A stretch of 64,000 bases of DNA from the human T2T-CHM13v2.0 reference genome, Homo sapiens: positions 32,544,001-32,608,000 of the forward strand of contig CP068257.2 of the NCBI GenBank assembly GCA_009914755.4, read 5' to 3'. The notes beneath the pieces are model-generated. The model worked only from the letters and a program-made list of their open reading frames with translations. It searched no databases and had not been told where the DNA came from. Below, piece after piece: positions 1-14,670 of the stretch. A program made the position numbers and the translations under genes. Positions within the stretch are counted from its first letter, which is position 1. Each line of letters opens with the position of its first letter.

Positions 1-2977
1 GAAGATGAAGGGCTACTCATCTAGAAAGAGAGGAGCAGGTATCCCTGGCTCCCTTCTCTTCCTAACAGATACCTGGGGTACTTGAGGGAGAAGGGGAAGA
101 GCATCCTCTTTCCCTCTTCCATCCTTGCATTCCTCGAGTCCCGGTGACCTTGGCAGGTCCTGCCATGAGTGCTAAAGCGACTTGCACCCATGAAGCAGGG
201 AGGGCCTAGAGAATAGAAACTATCTGCTCTCACCTATGTCTCTTTCCGACCTGCTGTCAGTAGCCTTGGAGTTCCCTGGACCTCATTTATGCCATGGATA
301 TTAAGGTGGCCTTTATCCATGAAACAGGAAGCTTGGGCTTGGCTTAATCAGCAGGAATCAACCACCCTCACCTGCGCGGTGCCTTTTAACTTCTGTTTTT
401 GTCTGCATCTGGATCTCTTAGATCCAGTTTTCTTTCATAGGGCTTTGACCCAAAGCTTGGAATTGAGTTTAGGATAAAAATATGTCTCTGGGGGGTTGCA
501 TGGACTCCTTATCATAAGCTGAATGCTAAGGTGAAGATGTGGAACTGAGTCCTCCAACAAGAGAGAAGAAAGGATGTCTTGTGACACACCCAGATAACCG
601 GTAGCTATAGTTATGCTTTCTGGGATTTGGCTGCATGCCACTTGGCTTTGGTTAGCTACCTTGGTTTTACTTTCCCCCCAAAAAGCCTCTGGGTGATGGA
701 CATCCTATTTATTCCCATCACCTGGCAGGATTTGCAGGATAACTGCTCAGAACTAGAATATTGATCCAGATTTTTACATTTCCCATCCCTCTTGTTCTTT
801 CTGAGCTGCAGCTGGAGATTGCTGGTTGGTTCACAGGAAGAAGCAGGGTTAGTCTAAAATGTAGGCAAAAACTTAAAAACAACTAGTGAGTTTAGAATTT
901 AATGACAAATATAAGCTTGGAAACATGATTTCTCTCTCTCCAGTCCTCATGTTTGTTAAAAAAACAAATGATCATAGGACTGAATGGTTCGCAAAATAAA
1001 CTTTAGTCTTATTCTTGGCTTGATTATTTGGATAAAGTGCAGCAAGAATAATTATTTCTACATAGGCCTTTTGGATTGGCTTTGATGGAAGTTTGTTCCA
1101 CAAGAAGTCTCAGATAAGACCTTCTAAAGCTGAGCCCAACCATGGGTTTGTATCCTCAAACACCTGTGAGTTGGATGATTTTCTCCTCTTAAGGTCCCAA
1201 GATAAACTTGGAGCTCCTAGACCTGTTAGACCTGTTAGAAAGTGACATTCCACAGGTCAGGAACCCTGTACAGGGACTGCACAGACGAGCGTATGAGGTC
1301 AGTTTCCCCCATGGGGCTTTTATCGGCTCTGCGAATCGAGATTGACTCCTTAAAGGGAAGCATACCCTTCCAGTCAAAGCCTTGGTAAAATAATCACTTT
1401 CTCCAATTGTGTCCTGTTGCAAAAGAAAAATGGATTCCTATTGCACTGATGCAAACAACTATATTGCCATAAGAATACTCATAGATAGTTTCCAAATTCT
1501 AGAGGAACCAGGCAGAGAGAAACAAACATGCTCCACGTTTTCGTTCATAGGAGTATACCTTACTCAATTACTAAAGGCCATAATAGTTCAAAACAAGTTT
1601 CCTTGACTATGAAAAACAAAACAAGGATCAACAATATTCCAAGAAAAAGTCAAAAAGTTTACTTCAGCTTCGTGAGCTCAGCTTATTTAGTTAACTCCAG
1701 TTTTGTTTGATATTTGTGAACATTTCTGCTTTTTGTGAGTCCTGTACATTTTCCTTTATTCCAGTGTCACAGTCTCCAAAGTTATCAAACCTGATTGTCT
1801 CAAATACAATCAGAAATTGTATCTGAAAGCACCTGTCAGAGTCTTATACCCTGTTATAAACCATCTTTTGAAAAGGATTAAAACAAGACAACAATTGTCT
1901 ATGAACAGCAGAATGTCCAGAGTAGTTACAGTTAGAAACACAATTGACAAAGAAGTTTGGTTATCTCTGTGGTTTACAATAACTTAACATAAAAACCTTA
2001 ATTATGGTTGATAGCATATACTCAGACATTAGAATTTTAGAAATCCTGTACAATTTTGGAACATATATTAGCATTATTCACCAAGATATAACCTAAAGAA
2101 GATTGAGCATCATTTTGGCAATCCCATGTACCTAAACATGTCAAATAATCCTGTTTACTTCTCTTTTCTGGACACTCCAGGGGCCCTCTGAAGTATTCAA
2201 AAAGCAAGATGTCAGGAAAGACAATTTTGAAACTGAAGTTTGATTTTGGGAAGGCTAGTAAATGTTTGAGGTTTAAAACATTTGCTATTATGAAATAGAG
2301 TTCCAGATTACTATAAGTTATTTATTTTGCCAAAGTGATGACTTAGAAATTTAAAGAAACAAAAAGCTTTTATAAACCTTTATAAACTTTGCCAAAGAGC
2401 AGATTAGTATTTTAAGAATTCCTTGTTGTGTTTTTATTTCAATACTCAATTTACAGAAAAACCATATGTTTGAAATGTTTGTTCCCTGGTGCCGTAAAGA
2501 AAGAGCACTTGAACATAAATTTAATTTTCTCAGCAAGGCCATTTTTATATTTTTGGCAGAAAAGTTACACTTGCCAGCAGTTTTGCCATGAGAGTATATC
2601 GAACAAAGGAGACAGGGTCATTTATAACCTGACGCGTCCACCCTACTGCTGTGTCTGGTTTTCATTGGCAGGAACGGGACCTTACGTTTTGTATTTGTCC
2701 TGATTGGCCAGCAACTTAGAACTTTTTAAAAGAGGCAAAGACAGAGGAGAATAAAGGAAGGAAGAAGTAACTTGTGGAATGCTGAGAAAGGTAAAAACAC
2801 CTTTAAATAAAGAAGAGGAACAGGCTATGACCTAATGCTTGCTTGGACCAGTATAAGCATGCCAAGGCAAATATTTAGGCTAAACTGTGGGACCTAAGAA
2901 TATGAAGTATATTGACTTTTTTATTACGGCTAGCAGCTATTTAAGAATGTTAGCACAGGTCTTTGAATAAATTTTGA

Positions 2978-3278
2978 TTTTTTTTTTTTCTTTTTTAGAC
3001 GGAGTCTTGCTCTGTCACCCAGCCTGGAGTGCAGTGGCGCAGTCTTGGCCCACTGCAAGCTCTGCCTCCCAGATTCATGCCATTCTCCTGCCTCAGCCTC
3101 CTGAGTAGCTGGGACTACAGGTACCCGCCACCACGCCTGGCTAATTTTTTGTATGTTTTTAGTAGTGACAGGGTTTCACCATGTTAACCAGGATGGTCTC
3201 AATCTCCTGATCTCGTGATCCACCTGCCTTGGCCTCCCAAAGTGCTGGGATTACAGGCGTGAGCCACCGTGCCCGGCC
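2978..3278 (-). mobile_element. Full-length Alu SINE (AluS/Y-like), reverse orientation
   Basis: Begins with a poly-T run, then reads '...gagacggagtcttgctctgtcacccag...' and ends '...gtgagccaccgtgcccggcc'. This is the reverse complement of the Alu dimer consensus. Confidence 0.92.
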
Positions 3279-5295
3279 TAAATTTTGTTTTTAAGAGAAG
3301 TTACTATTTATTCCTAATTAGATGGAGGGGAAAGTTTTTGAAGAGGAATCTTTGCTTTTTACAGGTATAATACTCTTGAATTTAGCTAATATGTTTGCAT
3401 AGAGACCCTCTTCTGCAAGATTAACTTCCACAATTCTTCCACTTCTTCTTCGAACCTTCAGCTTCTTCCTAATTTAACTCAAAACAATCTTTAAACCCTA
3501 GGTAAAGGTTTACATTTCCATGTCTTCTTATAACTTTTCACCAAAAAACCACATTTTACTGTTCTTACACACCTTGCTTGTAAATCTATTTCTAGTAGTT
3601 TCAATTAACTCCTAGCAATTTTTAACTTTAAGGTAAAACTTGGTAACTTGCTTTAATTGTGTGCTAAGTGCAGCCAAGGTTTGACTCCAGCATAATTAAG
3701 GGCATAGCTAATTCCATGTCCTCAGTCCCTACCAGTTGTGAAGCTGACAAGTCAAATAGTTCTCAAAACCCCAAAAGCAGTTTGTAACCTCAAAACAGTT
3801 AGCAAACCTTGCATCTGACCTGCATTTTACCAATAGTCTTTAGGGCTGTTTTTATTTCTTAATGATTAAAGTCACGTGAACTGAAAGGTACCACAGCTTT
3901 TAACTTCCCTTTAAAAAATATTAGATCCAAGTGCTTGTCTTTCTTTAGACTAAATTAGTTAGAACTCTTTTTCCAGGCATCACACACAGTACAGGCAAAA
4001 GAGAACCCAGTCGCTGGGTGGGAACCTTTAAGAGACAGGGCTAAGAAAACATGGAGGTATCAAATCTGAGAGGGCTGTTCCCCTCAGGCAGGGTTGCTAA
4101 ACAAAGCCTTGCCAAGCAATTACCAGCCATGCCCCCAGGGTGTAAAGCAAGATGGAAGCTTGCAACATAAACCATGCAGACAAGCAAAGCACACCAGATT
4201 GACCACAGCCCAAGACTAGCCCCACAAATCCTTTTTCACAATTAAAACTTTACAGAAAATACAAACAGTTGTAGTTGCAGGGAGCCTGGACTAGTAAAGT
4301 GTCTTCTAAAAGAAAAAAAAACTTTAAAGGTTAACTTTTTGACCAGGTAGATAAGGGGAAAGAAAAAAAAACAGTTTAAAAATGCCTGGGGAAGAACTTC
4401 TTATTCTTATGCAAGTGGTTCCTCCACCGGGAAGAGAAGTTTAAGCTTAATTACTGTCCAATAGAGTTAAACACCTTGACCATGGATGGAGAAGGCTACG
4501 GCAGCAGCATGTGGCTGGGAACCAGCCAGCCAGCTGTGCAGGACTCTTGGGCCATACTTCCCAGCCCTGGCAGGGCGGGGAGATGCTGCTCTGTGGTGGG
4601 TCCTGAAAAAGGAAGGAAAAGGCCATGAAAAGGCCCAGGAGTGATGGGAAAGAGGGGATGGGGGTGTGGAAAAGGCTTAGAAGCAGCAATGAGAGGTTTT
4701 GAGTCCCCGTTTCACTCACTGCTTCTCGAGCCCCATGTTGGGCGCCAAAAATGTTGCAGGACTTTTCTTTAGTTCAGCTAAAGGTGGGGTTCTTTGAAAA
4801 TTCAGGCTCGCAGACAATTTGAATGGTGAGTGAGACAGGATTTTATTGAGTGAAAAGGAAGCAAAGGGGGAAACAGGGACTCTTATTAGGCCAGGGTCCC
4901 TGCTAGAGTGTTTCTCCCCCACAGCTCAAATGCCAGGCTCCATGCAGGAAGAGGAGGGGCCAAGCTCAGGCTCTCCCTGCTGCAAACGTCTTGAACTTCC
5001 TGAGGCTGCACCTCAGTGGGGAGGCTAGTTGGAGTTTCTCCAGGGACCCCTTCCCACCTGGCTGTCTCATCATCAGGTGACCCCTCTTCTCATCCCAAAG
5101 CACTGAGCTTTTGTCTATAAATTACAAATTTTATCAGGAATTCCAGCAACATATTGAAACTAAAAATAAAAACAAACCATTGGGGGTATTTTTAAAACTT
5201 CAAATCAAGTAATCTATTTATACCAAAAATGTCATCATCATTATAATACTCATTTGTTTGTTATAGTTATTATTTTATCTACTGCATGATAACCT

Positions 5296-5350
5296 TAAAA
5301 AGTAGTTGTGATCACTCCCATTTTCAGATGAGGAAACTGGGGTTTGAAGA
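5296..5350. repeat. MIR-like SINE remnant
   Basis: 'cccattttcagatgaggaaactggggtttgaag' matches the MIR core 'ccattttacagatgaggaaactgagg'. Confidence 0.5.
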
Positions 5351-6125
5351 AGCACAATGCTTTTTGAAAATCCCCCCCAGCTCTTGTGTCTCCAAAGCCT
5401 GGCCTTCCTCACTATCTTACAGTCTGCCTTCTGACAGTTTCTGAAATCTGCAAGGCTCACCATGTAGCTGGTGCCACAGTGGCATTTTCAGAGGGGTGCT
5501 GCTTCCTGCAGAATGCACTTGACGTCGGGTAGCACAGCAGGGTGCGGTAATGGTGACAAGAATCAGCTGCAGTGTGGTTTCGATGTTTTCCAACAAACAT
5601 TCCTCCAAGTGTGGGAGCAGGGAGCACAGGCCATGCCACCATCTCCAGTGGGTACAGTTCTACTTGGTAATTAGATAAAAGATTTGGGCAGACATGGTTT
5701 TGCATCTGCACCCCATAATGAATGTGGGGGCAGTTCTGAATTCAGGGACAGGAGGAAACCATAATATATTCATTCATTGTAATTACTTGGGGGTAGTTCT
5801 TGCAGGTAGTTCTTTTGCTAACCCCCACGGTACAGGCTGGGTCCGAGGCAAGCTTCCTGGGCCTGTGGGTAGAGTTCTAGTTCGGTTTCAGGAGCAAAAT
5901 CACTCTGGGTAACTCCTATCTTTATGCTGGTGGCTCCTTCCAGTTCCCAGTCTGGCCTGCTCTTCTTGTGTGGACCCAGAACCCCAGCTCAGCTGGTTAA
6001 ACCTATATTTGACTTTGCTGGGCCTTGGACTGTTTATGAGACTTTAGCTATGGCTCACTGATCTGTGTTATCCCTTTATTTCTGGGCTTTCTGTTTGGTT
6101 TTGAGCTCAGTTAGGTAATAGAATT

Positions 6126-6127
<2 letters not shown>

Positions 6128-6160
<33 letters not shown>

Positions 6161-6434
6161 CAAGGTCTTGCTCTGTTGCTTAGGGTGGAGTGCAGTGGCA
6201 CAATCATGGCTTACTGCAGCCTTGACCTCCTGGACTCAGGTGATCCTTCCACCTCAGCCTCCTGAGTAGCTAGGACTACAGACACCGGCTACCATGCCTG
6301 ACTAATTTGTTTTTATTTTTTGGTAGAGACGAGTTCTCACTATGTTGCCCAGGCTGGTCTCAAACTCCTGGACTCAGGTGATCCTCTGCCTCCTGAAGGG
6401 CTGGGATTACAGTCATGAGCCATCGCACCTGGCC
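6128..6434 (-). mobile_element. Alu SINE (older, AluJ/S-like), reverse orientation
   Basis: Starts with a poly-T of about 30 nt, then 'agacaaggtcttgctctgttgc...ggattacagtcatgagccatcgcacctggcc'. Confidence 0.9.
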
Positions 6435-7425
6435 TGTAACACAATTCTTGTGTTTCATTCTCTTTCTCTGGTGGCTGGATTTTGGGAATTTCACCAGATT
6501 ATGCCCAAGTGGGATTCTCTTTTTTGCTTTTCAAATTATTATTATTATACTTGCTTGGTACTTATAGTTTACATTCTGGTCCCCAAATTGGTTTTTATTC
6601 AGTTAAGGAGCATTTTCTTCTATTTGTTTGTTAAGTTTGTTTCTTCTTATCTTTCCCTGCCTTTTTTTCAGGAATGCCTGATATTCAATACTCAATAGTC
6701 AATATTCTCACAGTAGCTGATATTCTCGAAGCTGTATTCCTGTCTCTTATATTTTTATTTATGATTTTCACTTCACTGAATTTTTGCTCCATGTTCTGAG
6801 ACAGTTTCTCTTTGATCATTCAGATCAGATTGTTTATGGGTACCATCAGGAGATGGGTTAAGGCTGAAGGATGGATGGAACTCTGCATTTTTCATGCTCA
6901 TTGTTCAGGGATGGTTTACATCTGGATGGCAACAGGATCCCAAATCCCTTGTTGGGGATGCTACTTTGGTAAGGGTGCAGCTTCATACTCTGAGTCTGAC
7001 CCCAGATGGCATTTCCAATCTGATGGATCCCAGGATGAATTTAGCTTCTAGAGGCAGTAGCAGTACGGACGGTTTTGAAGTTGAGTTTATCCTTTGACCC
7101 TCTTGGTTATTTGTTGGACTCAGTTCTCTCTGCTGCTTAAAGGACCCCCATTTGCTCATCACCCTGCAGCCTGTTCTGGTTATTGTCACTGTTTGTCTCT
7201 GGGTCAACTTCCTCACAAGCCTGTGAGTTCCATCCACCTTTGCACCTGTTTTAGTCCACTCAGGCTGCCATAACAGGATACCACACACAGACTGGGGGGC
7301 TTAAACAACAGACATTTATTTTCTCACAGTCCTGGGCACTGACAGTCCAGATCAAGGTGTTGGCAGGTTTGGTTTCTCCTGAGGCCTCTCTCCCTGGCTT
7401 GCAGATGGCTGCTTTCTTATTTATT

Positions 7426-7910
<485 letters not shown>

Positions 7911-8211
7911 TAAAACACCAATCAGATTGGATTAGGGCCCACCATAACGACCTCATTTAACCATAATTGCCTTTTTAGAGACATTGTCCCCAAATATAGT
8001 CACATTCTTAGGTACCAGGGATAAGGGCTTCAACATAATGAATTTTGGGGAGACACAATTCAGTCTATAACACACTCCTAGAGCTTAATGTAGGCCTGGC
8101 TTATAGTAGGTGCCCAGTAAATGTTGAGGGCCTGATTGAAGCTTTCCCAAATGTATTCTCTTTCCCCATTTTGATTTTCAAGCAAATTGTGATGCCTAGG
8201 ATGGCATCACA

Positions 8212-8520
8212 CTTTTTCTTTTTCTTTTATTTATTTTTACACAGGGTCTCACTCTGTTGCCCAGGCTGTAGTGCAGTGATATAATCTCAGCTCGCTGCAA
8301 CCTCTGTCTCTCAGGCTCAAGCGATTCTCCCACCTTGGCTTCCTGAGTAGCTGAGACTACAAGAGCACACCCTCCACACCCAGCTAATTTTTAAACTTTT
8401 TGTAGAAACAGGGTTTCAATATGTTGCCCGTCCTGGTCTTGAACACCTGGGCTCGAGATATCCATCTACCTTGGCCTCCCAAAATGTTGAGATTACAGGC
8501 GTGAGCCACTGTGCCCAGCC
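8212..8520 (-). mobile_element. Alu SINE, reverse orientation
   Basis: '...acacagggtctcactctgttgcccaggctgtagtgcagtg...ggcgtgagccactgtgcccagcc'. Confidence 0.9.
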
Positions 8521-9192
8521 CAAATTTTTTCTTATGCTAAATTAAGAACTATTACTATCTCTTATTGCCTATTTTCAGTTTATCCTTAGCCAGTCATTTT
8601 TTGCAAGCAATTCTATAGTGTGTGGATACATGGTCTTTAGTTTTTCTTCTATTTCATGGTGAAGAGATGAGCTCTATGCCTGTGGTCAGTTTCAGCTGAT
8701 AGTCTCTGTGGCAAGGCCACTGAATTTTTCACAACAGGCCTGTGTGTGTTTCTCTATGGGGATTTGAATTGTATTATAGCATGCTGGATTTACCTTCTTG
8801 GGAATTTAGTTTCTTTTTTATTTCTAAACATGTTTTCTCCATTTCATTGTATTTATTCTTGTGCTCTGCCTTAAGCTCTGACAAATTTGAATTTTTCAAA
8901 AGCACAGAGAAATGCTTTATGTCAGTTATTTGCAGGTGTTCTTCTAGTTTATAATAATAACAAAAAGATGGAATTAAACATCTTTTCCTTTGGCTATTCC
9001 ATTCTTTTGCATTCTTCATTTTTGTATTTTGCTTTGTCTCCTCATTGAATTTTTGATCTCTGAAATAGCAATTTAAAATAACTATCCAATGGTGTATGTA
9101 CCCACAACAGTTTCTTGCCAAGCATGCAGAATGAATGGATTCCTTATTCACATGTTAAATGCCTACATAGCAGAGTCTATGTATAGCACTGA

Positions 9193-9695
<503 letters not shown>

Positions 9696-11517
9696 ATGAC
9701 TCACATTTTCTATGCTCTGGTTGTTTTCTGGCTTGTAAACATGGCTTTTGCCTGCTGAGAACACTTTTCCTCCCCTGCTCACTGGGAAGCCTTCCTGAAC
9801 CCAAACTAGCCTAGGTCCTCTTCAAGCTCTCTTCAGGAGCTTCCAAAAATCCTTGCTCCTTCTCCTGAGCATGTACTTGTTTGCAAGTGATTGTTGATAT
9901 GTCTCTTCCTTACTTTTGGCTAAGGGTTCTTTCTGTGCCGTGGACCATCCTAGGCAGCTGATGAAGTCTATGGATCTTTTGCCAGAGTTATGTTTTAAAT
10001 GCATAAAATAAAACACACTGGGTTCTAGTTCAGGGCAAGTTGGAGTAAGCACACTCCACCCTGACTCCCGGTGAATGTTGCTATAAAACCCATACAAGAA
10101 TGTATGGAATAGCTACTTAAAGACTCTGAAAAGCAAAGGGTAGCCAGCAAATTGGTAAAGAAGACAGAACTCAAGTACCGCTGAACTGGTGGTGAGTTAC
10201 CATTTTTCCCCCCTCCAGAATCACCTGGTCTGGATTCAGTGCAGTCTGAAAACCCAGAAGTGGGCACTGGTGCAGACAGAGAGCCCCAGAGGAGCCCCCT
10301 AGTCTGGCTTGAAGGAGCAGAAAGGAAGTCTCCTAATACTTAGAAGGAGTGAAGAAACCCCCTGTTTTGTTTTGCTTTTTCTTTTCTTCATTCTCTTGTG
10401 TCCCAGCGCCCAGGCACTCCTGTGGTAGTAGGGGCACAAGAGCTCACAGGAGCCCAAAACTCTGAGGCAGGAGAATCTTTCCTGAATCAGAGGAGCTGCT
10501 GTCCCAAGAGAGTGAAGAAAATCCCTAATGCTTTTTTTCCCCACTCTGTTATCCTACTGCTTTTCCCTGGACACAGATACAGTTGTGGGAAGTATATAGC
10601 AGAACAGGCTAAGTAAAGCCCCGGCTTTCTGGCCAGATGACCAAAAAATTGAGCTCCTGGGAACAGGAAAGTACTAGGAAGTGGGAAGAGCTGGGAAAAG
10701 CAACCCTATAAAGTTGTTTATGAACTTCTAGACTTACCCCTGGGATATACACGAATAGAACTTACCCTAAATAACATAGACAGACTAAGAGAACTGAACT
10801 ACAAAATAAACCATTGCCCAGGTCTCAGACTGGTCACTGGATAATGTACATATACAAAGGGATAGATCTGAAGTATTGGAAAACAGAACTGATATTGGAA
10901 CCATAATCCATAGAAGACCAGTGGGACTTGTGACCTGAACTCAGCCAGATCGATTTCCTACTTTAAAAACAAGCAAAACAAAACAATATTCTCTATAGGA
11001 TTTAGATAAGATCTAGAGTCTTATAATCATCAAAATATCCAGGATACAATCAATAATTACTCAACACATATGAAGACTTGGTAAAATTTCAACTAGTATG
11101 GAAAACGACAATCAACACGCCAATGCTGAGATGACACAGAATTTAAAGCAGCTATTATAAAATACTTGAACATATAAGGGCAGACATTCTTGAAATAAAT
11201 AAAAAAAAGTCTTAGAAAAGAGATAGAAGATATAAAGCAGAACCAAAAGGGAATTTCAGAAATGAAAAATACTATAACTGAAATAAAAATCTCACTGGAT
11301 GGACTCAATGGCAGAATGAAGACAACAAAGAAGAGTGAGTGAATTTCGATATAGATCAATAGAAATTATGAAACCTGAACAATATGGAGAAAACAGATAG
11401 AAAAATAAAAGAGAACCAAGCTTTATGAACCCGCCTGGAAATACCAAAAGTCTAACACTGTTGTAATAGCATTCGTAGAAAGAAATGAGAAAATATGTGG
11501 TACCTTAAAAAAATTCA

Positions 11518-11867
<350 letters not shown>

Positions 11868-14477
11868 TTTCTCAAATTTGGAGAAAAACAGAAACTTACA
11901 GAGTCAAGAATCCCAGGAAATCTCAAATAGAATAAACCCAAAGAAATCCATGCCCAAACACATTCTTATTAACTGCTGCAAACTAAAGAAAACATATTTC
12001 CAGAAGCCAGAGAAAAACAGCACATTACTTATAGGGCAACATAATTCAAATAGCAACAGATTTTACAGAAGGAAATAGAACATTTTTTAAGTGCTAGAAG
12101 AAAAGAACTGTCAAACTACAATTCTATATTCAGTAAAAATATCCTTCAGGAATGAAGATAAAATAAAGACATTCCCAGGTGAAGAAAAATGAAGACTTCG
12201 TTGTCACCACACTATTGTTACAGGAAGTTCTTCAGGCAGATGGGAAATGACACCAGAAGAAGATATGAAGAGCAACAAAAATGACAGATAACTGGGCAAA
12301 CATAATAGACTGTTCTTCTTCTCTTGAGTTCTTTAAAATATATTTGATGGTAGAAAGCAAAAATTATAACATCGTCTAGTGGGGTTTTCAATGTATGTTG
12401 ATATAACAAATAAGACAACCACAACATAAAGGAGGATGGGTAAAGAAACCCATATATGGTGGTAATATATCACTTGAAGTGGTAAAATATACACTGACTG
12501 TAAAAAGTTAAGAATATATATTTTAATCCCTAGAGCAACTACTTAGAAATTACACAAAGGGATAGTCAACAAAAATGCAATAGGTAAAATAGATAACTAA
12601 CAAATGTTTAACCAAAAAGAAAGCAAACAAAGGGAAAACATAGAAACTGAAAATACAGAGACAAACAGTAAACAAACAATAAAATGATAGGCTTAAATAA
12701 AAACATCAGTAATTACATTAAATGTAAATGGATCAAACATACTAATTAAAAGATAGATTTTTAGAATGGATTTCAAAAAATGACTCAATTATATACTGTC
12801 TATAAGTATATAATTAATACAAGTGTTTCAGTTGTACTCACTTCAAGTATAATGACATAAGTGGGCTAAAAGTAAAGCAATATATATTCAAAAGATGTAT
12901 ATTATTAATGAGAATGAAGGTAGAGTGTCTATAGTAATATCAGACAAAGTGGACTTCAGAGCAAAGAAAATTACCAGGGATAAAAAGGGGCAATACCTAA
13001 TACATTTCATCAAGAGGACACAACAATCCTAAATCTGTATGTATCAAACAGCAAAGCTTGAAGGTACATGAAGGAAAAACTCACAGAACTGAGATAAGAA
13101 ATACACAAATTCATAATTATAGTTGGAAACTTCAACATTCCTCTCTCAGTGATCAATGGAACTTAGTAAACAGAAAGTCAGCAAGTGTATAGTATAGAAA
13201 ATGGAACTAAATGATAAACAATTGTTTCTAACTGACATAGAATACTCCACTCAGTAACAGCAGAATACACATTTTTCTCAATTTCACATGGAACTTTCAC
13301 CAAGATAGACCATATCTGGGGATATAAAACAAATTTGTCACACATTTAAAGAATCAAAATCATACAAAGTATGAAAAACAGAATGATAAGAAAATTTACA
13401 AACCCTTAGAAATTAAACAACACACTTGTACATAATCTGTAGGTCAAAGAGGAAGTCTCAGGGAAGTTAGAAAATATTTTGAACTGAATGAATATAAAAA
13501 TATATCAAAATTTGTGGGATGCAGTTAAAGCAGTGGTTAGATGGAAATTTCATCATTACGATGAATTTGTATTAGAAAAGAGAAGAGTATCAAACCAGTA
13601 ATCTAAGCTGCTTCCACAAGAAATTAGAAAAAGAAGAGCAAAATAAACTCAAAATAAGCAAAGGAAGGAAGTAATAAAAATAAGTACATAAATTTAAAAA
13701 ATGAAAACAATTTCAAAAACAATACAGAAAAATAATGAGGAGTTCAATAAACCTCTGGTGAGACTGGCAGAGGGAAAGATAGAACATGAATTACTGATAT
13801 CAGGAATGAAAAAAGGGTTATCACTACACACCCTGCTCATAAATTTGACCATTTAGATAAAACGGATGAATTCTGCAAAAGACACAAATTACCAAAATTC
13901 ACCCAAGATGACATGTAGATAACTTGAATAGCACTATTAGTATTTTAAAAATTGAGCTTGTATTTTAAAACCTTCTATAAAAGGATTCTTCAGGCCAAGA
14001 TTCTAGCACACACCATATAGCATATGCTACCAAATATTTAAACAAGAAATATGATAAATTCTACCAAATATTTTCTAGACATAAAATGAACTGTACACAA
14101 TCTCTTCCAGAAAATAGAAGAGGAGGGAGCACTTCTCAACTCATTTTATAAGGCCAACATTACCCTGGTACTGGAACCAGACAGATGGTACAAAAAGTAC
14201 AAAACACTATCCCTCATGAACATATATGCAAAAATTCTCAACAAAATATTAGCAAATATCCATTAATACATAAGTATACAAAGAGATAGTCAATAATATT
14301 GACTATTAGGGAAATGCCAGCTAAAACTCTGATGAGATATAACCTATGGAGTGAGACACACCTATTGAATGGCAAAAATAAAAAATACTGACAATACTAA
14401 GTGCTCACAATCATGCAAAGCAACTGGATCTCTCATACACTGCCAATGGGAATGCAAAATTGCACAGCTACTCTAGG

Positions 14478-14670
14478 ATCGTCCTGCTTCAGCCTTCTGA
14501 GTAGCTAGGACTACAGGTGGGCACCACCATGCTTGGCTAATTTTTAGTATTTTTTGGAGAGACAGGGTCCAGGTTGCCTGGGCTGGTCTTGAACTCCTGG
14601 CCTCAAGCTGTCCTCCTGCCTCAGTCTTCCAAAGTGCTGGGATTACAGGTGTGAGCTATTGTGGCTGGCC
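14478..14670 (-). mobile_element. Partial Alu (left-monomer region), reverse orientation, inside the L1
   Basis: 'cctgcttcagccttctgagtagctaggactacaggtgggcaccaccatgcttggctaatttttagtattttttggagagacagggtccaggttgcctgggctggtcttgaactcctggcctcaagc...gattacaggtgtgagctattgtggctggcc'. Confidence 0.85.

Noticed and set aside
410-428. Perfect hairpin-forming inverted repeat 'ctggatctcttagatccag'
   Set aside because: An 8-bp stem alone is expected by chance many times in 64 kb. It has no flanking context that suggests an RNA gene or terminator, and terminators of that kind are not a eukaryotic feature.
12218-14460. ORF2-like reading frames inside the 10.1–15.1 kb L1
   Set aside because: Reverse-transcriptase and endonuclease motifs are recognisable at the nucleotide level, but the frames are broken by many stops and indels and by two Alu insertions. 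It is a dead ancient L1, not an active element or a gene.
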